NCBI GenBank assembly: GCA_035193785.1
Contig: CP136572.1
Span: 832,001 to 896,000 of the forward strand
DNA: 64,000 nt
Reading direction: 5' to 3'
Origin: Planktothrix sp. GU0601_MAG3
GTDB taxonomy: Bacteria > Cyanobacteriota > Cyanobacteriia > Cyanobacteriales > Microcoleaceae
In this document: positions 59,622-64,000 of the stretch, piece after piece
How positions within the stretch are numbered: position 1 is the first letter of the stretch
How the letters are laid out: every line of letters begins with the position of its first letter
Position numbers and translations under genes: made by a program
Notes under the pieces: generated by a model
The model's input: only the letters and a program-made list of their open reading frames with translations
Database searches by the model: none
Told to the model about the DNA's origin: nothing

Positions 59622-59666
59622 TCTATCTTCTGGTAGAAGGTGAACCCTAATAAAGCCAGATACAGT
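59622..59666 (+). promoter_or_regulatory. Putative 7-2-7 box and -10 upstream of KGG stress gene
   Basis: TCTATCT-TC-TGGTAGA (59622-59637), 23 nt, then TACAGT (59661-59666). Confidence 0.55.
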
Positions 59667-59702
59667 ATGTTTAGCCAATTAATAAAAAGTAAGGAGAAAA
59701 TC

Positions 59703-59960
59703 ATGGCTACGGAAAAACGTGGATTTGCTTCAATGGATCAAGAAAAGCAACGGGAAATTGCTAGTAAAGGCGGTAAAGCAGCCCATGAGTCGGGACGCGC
59801 TCATGAATTTACTTCCGAAGAAGCCCGAGAAGCCGGACGCAAGGGCGGTAAGGCGGTCAGCCAAAATCGCGAACACATGGCAGCCATTGGACGCAAAGGT
59901 GGCAAGAATAGCCATAAAAAAGATAAAGAAAATGAAAACAACACTGAGGAAAATCCCTAA
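59703..59960 (+). CDS. KGG-repeat stress-induced protein (YciG/GsiB/Con-10-like)
   Basis: RBS AAGGAG; RGFASMD..KQREIASKGG, EAGRKGG and IGRKGG. Confidence 0.9.
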   Translation: MATEKRGFASMDQEKQREIASKGGKAAHESGRAHEFTSEEAREAGRKGGKAVSQNREHMAAIGRKGGKNSHKKDKENENNTEENP

Positions 59961-60036
59961 TCTTAGGGAAGAATGTTTTAGTAAACTTTCATAAAATCTG
60001 AGTCTTTTAACAAAAAACTGTTTTTGTTGGTGATCA

Positions 60037-60082
60037 CTTGCACAAATAAGGTTAATCATGGGATGAACCTTGTTTGTGCAAG
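60037..60082. terminator. Long hairpin after KGG gene (terminator or 3' stabiliser)
   Basis: CTTGCACAAATAAGGTTAATC-ATGG-GATGAACCTTGTTTGTGCAAG. Confidence 0.55.
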
Positions 60083-60179
60083 CTCAACTTTTATAACAGG
60101 TTTTTGGACTCAACCTAGTCGGTGATTTTCCGTTGGAGTTGGAAATGATCAGCCCTAACCTAAAATGGCAAAAAAATAC

Positions 60180-60208
60180 TTGACGTTTTCGGATGGTTTG
60201 ATTAGAAT
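60180..60208 (+). promoter_or_regulatory. Sigma70-type promoter
   Basis: TTGACG (60180-60185), 17 nt, TAGAAT (60203-60208). Confidence 0.7.
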
Positions 60209-60213
60209 GGGCT

Positions 60214-60567
60214 CACCTAGTTACAGATTTGAGCGGAAAGTTGACTTCTGTCTCATGTGTCGGAATCAAAAATAAGCTGTTAAGCAGTTAAACTGTATAT
60301 TCTAGCCATTGAGGACACTGGCACTGCAAGGGTTTGACAACGACCCCATATCCAATTCAGATAATTAACAGCTTATTCCTGATTCCGATACCTGAGACTT
60401 TAGCCAAACACAATCAAAACTCAGGGTTTTAATTCAATTCTTTAGACACTGGGCCGAAAGTGCTATTTTTGGAGTTTCTGTTTTGAACTCGGAAATGGCG
60501 AATAGGTCTTAATTCAGGCAAAAGGGTCTGAAGGGTTATAATTCAAAACTTTATTAGTCCTAGGTGT
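60214..60567 (+). ncRNA. Candidate structured RNA or long leader upstream of the NYN gene
   Basis: 5' CACCTAG pairs with 3' CTAGGTG; internal stems include G-U pairs; no ORF; starts right after the promoter. Confidence 0.4.
60273..60375. mobile_element. TA-bounded MITE, copy 1
   Basis: TAAGCTGTTAAG...TTAACAGCTTA; shares TTAAACTGTAT and GCCA..GACACTGGCA with copy 2. Confidence 0.7.
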
Positions 60568-60596
60568 TTTATTAAAAATAACACTAGAAATCAATC

Positions 60597-61325
60597 ATGA
60601 AACCTTGTATCGCAATTTATGGGGATTTTCAAAATGTTCGTAATTCTCCTGAAGAAATTGAAATTTTAAATCCCTGGTTTAATCAACATGGGAATATATT
60701 GCACAAAAAATCCTATGCTTACTGGCGACAAGAAAAGGAACTATTTGAACAAGCTATTTTTAAGGCGGGTTTCAAAACTATTAGTGTTTCATCAAGGGAA
60801 AAAAATGCAGTAGATAATGAGATTATTCAAGATTGTAAACATGATACAATGACAGACAAAAGCATTAAAATTGTAATTTTAATCACGGGAGATAAAGACT
60901 ATTTACCTTTGGTTAAATATTTACAAAACCTGAAAATAAAAGTGATATTAATTCATGGCACTAATGTTAGCAAATCCTTGAAAAAAGCCGTGGATATAGC
61001 CTACAATATTAATGAATTAATTAACTATGTTAATCTTGATAAAGCAACTCCAGAAAAACTAGATTCTCCCGCTATGATTCCTTATGAAGAAGCTAAAAAA
61101 TGTTTAATTGAATTGATCAAAACGGTTCAAGAAAAAGGAAAAAAAGCTACTCTTGCTGTGCTGGGTCGTTTAATCAAAAACCATCCTCGGCTTGCAGGAT
61201 ACAAAAAAGTCTCATCTATTGCTAAACCCGATGGAAAGATTTTTGCTAAATTCGGCAAATTTGTAGCGGCGGTAATTAAGGAAGGAATTATTCAAGATTG
61301 TAATGGAGAATTGATTTTAGTCTAG
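60597..61325 (+). CDS. NYN-domain ribonuclease with C-terminal OST-HTH/LOTUS-like domain
   Basis: IYGDFQNV, KNAVD, LITGDKDY and SKSLKKAVD motifs; C-terminal LAVLGRLIK...FAKFGKFV. Confidence 0.8.
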   Translation: MKPCIAIYGDFQNVRNSPEEIEILNPWFNQHGNILHKKSYAYWRQEKELFEQAIFKAGFKTISVSSREKNAVDNEIIQDCKHDTMTDKSIKIVILITGDKDYLPLVKYLQNLKIKVILIHGTNVSKSLKKAVDIAYNINELINYVNLDKATPEKLDSPAMIPYEEAKKCLIELIKTVQEKGKKATLAVLGRLIKNHPRLAGYKKVSSIAKPDGKIFAKFGKFVAAVIKEGIIQDCNGELILV

Positions 61326-61362
61326 GTTGAGAAAAATTGCGATCGCCTGAATGCGATATGAT

Positions 61363-61462
61363 TAAGCTGTTAAGCATTTAAACTGTATCTTTTAGCCAGA
61401 GACACTGGCAATATACAGGCATTACAATTTAACAATAACTAATTTAGATACTTAACAGCTTA
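61363..61462. mobile_element. TA-bounded MITE, copy 2, ending on the A of the rnc start codon
   Basis: TAAGCTGTTAAGCATTTAAACTG...AATTTAGATACTTAACAGCTTA followed by TG. Confidence 0.7.
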
Positions 61463-62160
61463 TGACCAAATTACCAGAGATCAAAAACGAACAATTGCGA
61501 TTACAAGCATTAACCCATCGCTCCTATTTGAATGAACATCCCAACGCCGGAGAAGACAATGAAAGATTAGAATTTTTAGGGGATGCAGTCCTAGGATTTT
61601 TAGTGGGAGAATTGCTATTTAAAAAGCGCTATCCCGAAGACATGACTAAAATGAGTGAAGCCAATATGACCCGTTTACGGTCTGTGTTGGTTGATGAAAA
61701 ACAACTAGCTAAATTTGCGGTACAATTTAATTTAGGGGAGTTATTACGGTTAGGAAAAGGCGCCGTTAGAGACGGTGGACGCACTAACCCCGCCTTGCTT
61801 AGTGATGCCTTTGAAGCCTATATTGGGGCCTATTATTTAGATACCAATATTGATGTCGTCCGAGATTTTATTCATCCGCTCTTTTCTGCTGTGGCCAATG
61901 AAATAGTCTTTCCCCAGTCGGAAACCACCCCTCAAACCTTAATTGATTGTAAAAACCGCTTTCAACAATGGGCGTTAGAAAAATCCGGTGAAAACCCGAA
62001 ATATTATGTGATCGGAGAATCTGGGCCAGATCATGCTAAGGAATTTTGTATTGAAGTTCGGGTTAGGGATAAGGTCTATGGCTATGGAAAGGGGAAGCGG
62101 AAACAGGATGCGGAAAAAAAAGCCGCCGAAGTGGCGCTGCAAAAGTTAAGTCTATTGTAG
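61462..62160 (+). CDS. rnc: Ribonuclease III
   Basis: ALTHRS, NERLEFLGDAVL, SDAFEA..GA; dsRBD with GPDHAKEF and G.GKRKQDAEK.AA. Confidence 0.95.
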   Translation: MTKLPEIKNEQLRLQALTHRSYLNEHPNAGEDNERLEFLGDAVLGFLVGELLFKKRYPEDMTKMSEANMTRLRSVLVDEKQLAKFAVQFNLGELLRLGKGAVRDGGRTNPALLSDAFEAYIGAYYLDTNIDVVRDFIHPLFSAVANEIVFPQSETTPQTLIDCKNRFQQWALEKSGENPKYYVIGESGPDHAKEFCIEVRVRDKVYGYGKGKRKQDAEKKAAEVALQKLSLL

Positions 62161-62217
62161 TAAGTCCTTTAGGACTCTGGGCCCTGAAGGACTCTAAGCC
62201 CTGAAGGGCTTACTACA
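62157..62217. repeat. GTAG-type inverted repeat between convergent rnc and recA
   Basis: TGTAGTAAGTCCTTTAGGACT...AGCCCTGAAGGGCTTACTACA. Confidence 0.65.
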
Positions 62218-62222
62218 TGAGG

Positions 62223-63312
62223 TTATTCTTCTTCTGAAACTGGCGTCGAGATCCTCATCATCATGGCTATCAACCTGGATGACAGAATTAGCTGAAACCA
62301 CAGCACCACTATCTAAAGCCACTCTAACTTTTTGTTCAATTTCTTTCGCCAAGGTGGCATTTTCTTCTAAATAAATCAGGGTTTTATCCCGTCCCTGACC
62401 AATATTATCGCCGTTGTAACTATACCAAGCTCCTTTGCGTTTTAATACCCCGGTTTCTTCTGCTAAATCAATTAAACAGCCTAAAGTAGAAATACCTTTT
62501 CCGAAGATAATATCAAATTCTGCAATCCGAAAAGGAGGGGCAATTTTATTTTTAGCCACTTTAACTTTAGCCCTAATTCCGTATTCATCCGTTCCCCGTT
62601 TTAAGGTTTGAATTCGACGAATATCTAAACGTACAGAGGCATAGAATTTTAAGGCATTTCCTCCGGTTGTGGTTTCCGGGTTTCCATAGACAACACCAAT
62701 TTTTTGACGCAATTGGTTGAGGAAAATCACGGTACAATTTGACTTACCAATATTTCCCGTAATTTTGCGTAACGCCTGACTCATTAACCGAGCTTGTAAA
62801 CCCATGTGGGCGTCCCCCATATCCCCTTCAATTTCGGCCCTGGGAACTAAGGCGGCAACGGAGTCAACTACAATAATATCAACGGCCACAGACCGCACTA
62901 ACTGATCCACAATTTCTAGGCCCATTTCTCCCGTATCCGGTTGAGAAACGAGTAAATTTTCCGTGTCCACCCCTAGAATGGCCGCATAGCTGGGATCTAG
63001 GGCGTGTTCTGCATCGACAAAGGCAGCTACTCCTCCGGCTTTTTGGACTTCGGCGATCGCGTGGAGGGCTAGGGTGGTTTTACCGGAACTTTCTGGCCCA
63101 TAAATTTCAATTACCCGTCCCTTGGGTAAACCGCCCCCCAAGGCTAGGTCTAGGGTTAATGCACCACTGGGAATGGTTTCCACTTTCATCCGGGTGGAAT
63201 CCCCTAACCGAACAATGGCCCCTTTGCCAAAGCTACGCTCAATTTGGCCTAAAACTTGGGTTAGAGCTTTTTTCTTTTCAGAACTAGAATTATCTTTAGT
63301 ATCTTTAGCCAT
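62223..63312 (-). CDS. recA: Recombinase A; 1-nt insertion near the 3' end (~62238)
   Basis: [28 protein letters not shown] and [10 protein letters not shown]; repaired end DLDASSEEE*. Confidence 0.98.
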
Positions 63313-63549
63313 TCGCTGTAATTTTAAGTAACGGTTAATTTAAACATCCTAGCCACCCTAGCCGCCAGTCTGCATAATTGGTATGGTAGCAGTTATGCCG
63401 GGGTTCTGACTATTGTGGATCTCCCCGGATATCGACGAGCTTAACAATTTTTTGCAGTTTGTCCGCCCAAGCTCTGGGGAAATTTCTCCCCATTATACGA
63501 GAAATTGATGTTTTCGTCAATATAATAATAACAATTCTGTCATTTTTAT

Positions 63550-64000
63550 ATGTATTATCGCTATATTTTATTTTATAAACCTTATGATGTATTGAGTCAG
63601 TTTACCGATGATGATCCCACTACTGCTATGCGTAAAACTCTGAAGGATTTTATTTCTATTCCTTTAGTTTATTCCGTGGGAAGGTTAGATCGGGATAGTG
63701 AAGGATTGTTACTTTTAACTGATGATAATTTTGTGAAACATCGCTTAATTGATCCTAAATTTGCCCATCCTCGAACCTATTGGGTACAGGTGGAAAAAAT
63801 ACCTGATGAAACAGCATTACAACGGTTAACTCAGGGGGTACAATTATCAGATTATCGGACAAAACCCGCCCAGGTTAAACTGCTTTCTACTGAACCCAGT
63901 TTACCTCCCCGGGAGCCTCCCATTCGGTTTCGGAAAACCGTCCCGACGGCTTGGCTGGAATTAACCTTAACCGAAGGTCGTAACCGTCAAGTGCGGAAAA
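63550..64000 (+). CDS. RsuA/RluE-family pseudouridine synthase (3' truncated by window)
   Basis: MYYRYILFYKPYDVLSQF...VGRLDRDSEGLLLLT...RTYWVQVE...EGRNRQVRK; not in ORF track. Confidence 0.9.
   Translation, partial: MYYRYILFYKPYDVLSQFTDDDPTTAMRKTLKDFISIPLVYSVGRLDRDSEGLLLLTDDNFVKHRLIDPKFAHPRTYWVQVEKIPDETALQRLTQGVQLSDYRTKPAQVKLLSTEPSLPPREPPIRFRKTVPTAWLELTLTEGRNRQVRK

Larger units (their letters stand above)
3164..63060. repeat. HIP1 octamer GCGATCGC, dispersed (more than 20 copies seen)
   Basis: Examples near 3164, 8151, 9243, 16252, 19943, 25558, 29063, 37452, 41861, 47231 and 61339. Confidence 0.9.

Noticed and set aside
60214..61325. Retron or IscB/HEARO-type system
   Set aside because: End-to-end pairing resembles such RNAs, but no reverse transcriptase, HNH or RuvC gene is adjacent
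63313..63549. LexA box upstream of recA
   Set aside because: No match to the cyanobacterial RGTAC-N3-DGTWCB pattern was visible

Overview
Chromosomal window from a filamentous cyanobacterium, probably Oscillatoriales and Planktothrix-like (inferred from dense HIP1 GCGATCGC sites, pcyA, cphA/cphB, heptamer tandem repeats and GTAG-type REP elements). Housekeeping and metabolic genes: sppA, treZ-treY, treS, an adenylate/guanylate cyclase, tRNA-Ser(GCT), glyQ, dnaX, pcyA, tatA, cphBA, trmD, rnc, recA and a partial RluE-type pseudouridine synthase. Accessory genes: a single-chain Type IIG/ISP-like restriction-modification enzyme, an SPFH + Zn-ribbon pair, a ~2,470-aa repeat adhesin, an FHA-CHAT protease, a PIN toxin-antitoxin pair and an NYN ribonuclease. 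Intergenic DNA is rich in REP hairpins, MITEs and short tandem repeats, including a 12 x 88-bp array that is not a CRISPR. Four signals stand out. (1) About 26 apparent frameshifts can each be repaired by removing one base from GAAAC/GTTTC to give GAAC/GTTC; this looks like a motif-specific sequencing error and may be the footprint of Dnd-type DNA phosphorothioation. (2) A near-consensus promoter precedes a ~350-nt structured RNA upstream of an NYN RNase and RNase III, with a related MITE copy ahead of each gene. (3) A 7-2-7 palindrome lies 22-23 nt upstream of a -10 box at four osmotic/desiccation stress genes. (4) An uncalled 36-aa membrane microprotein precedes glyQ. All calls are from reading the sequence; no searches were run.
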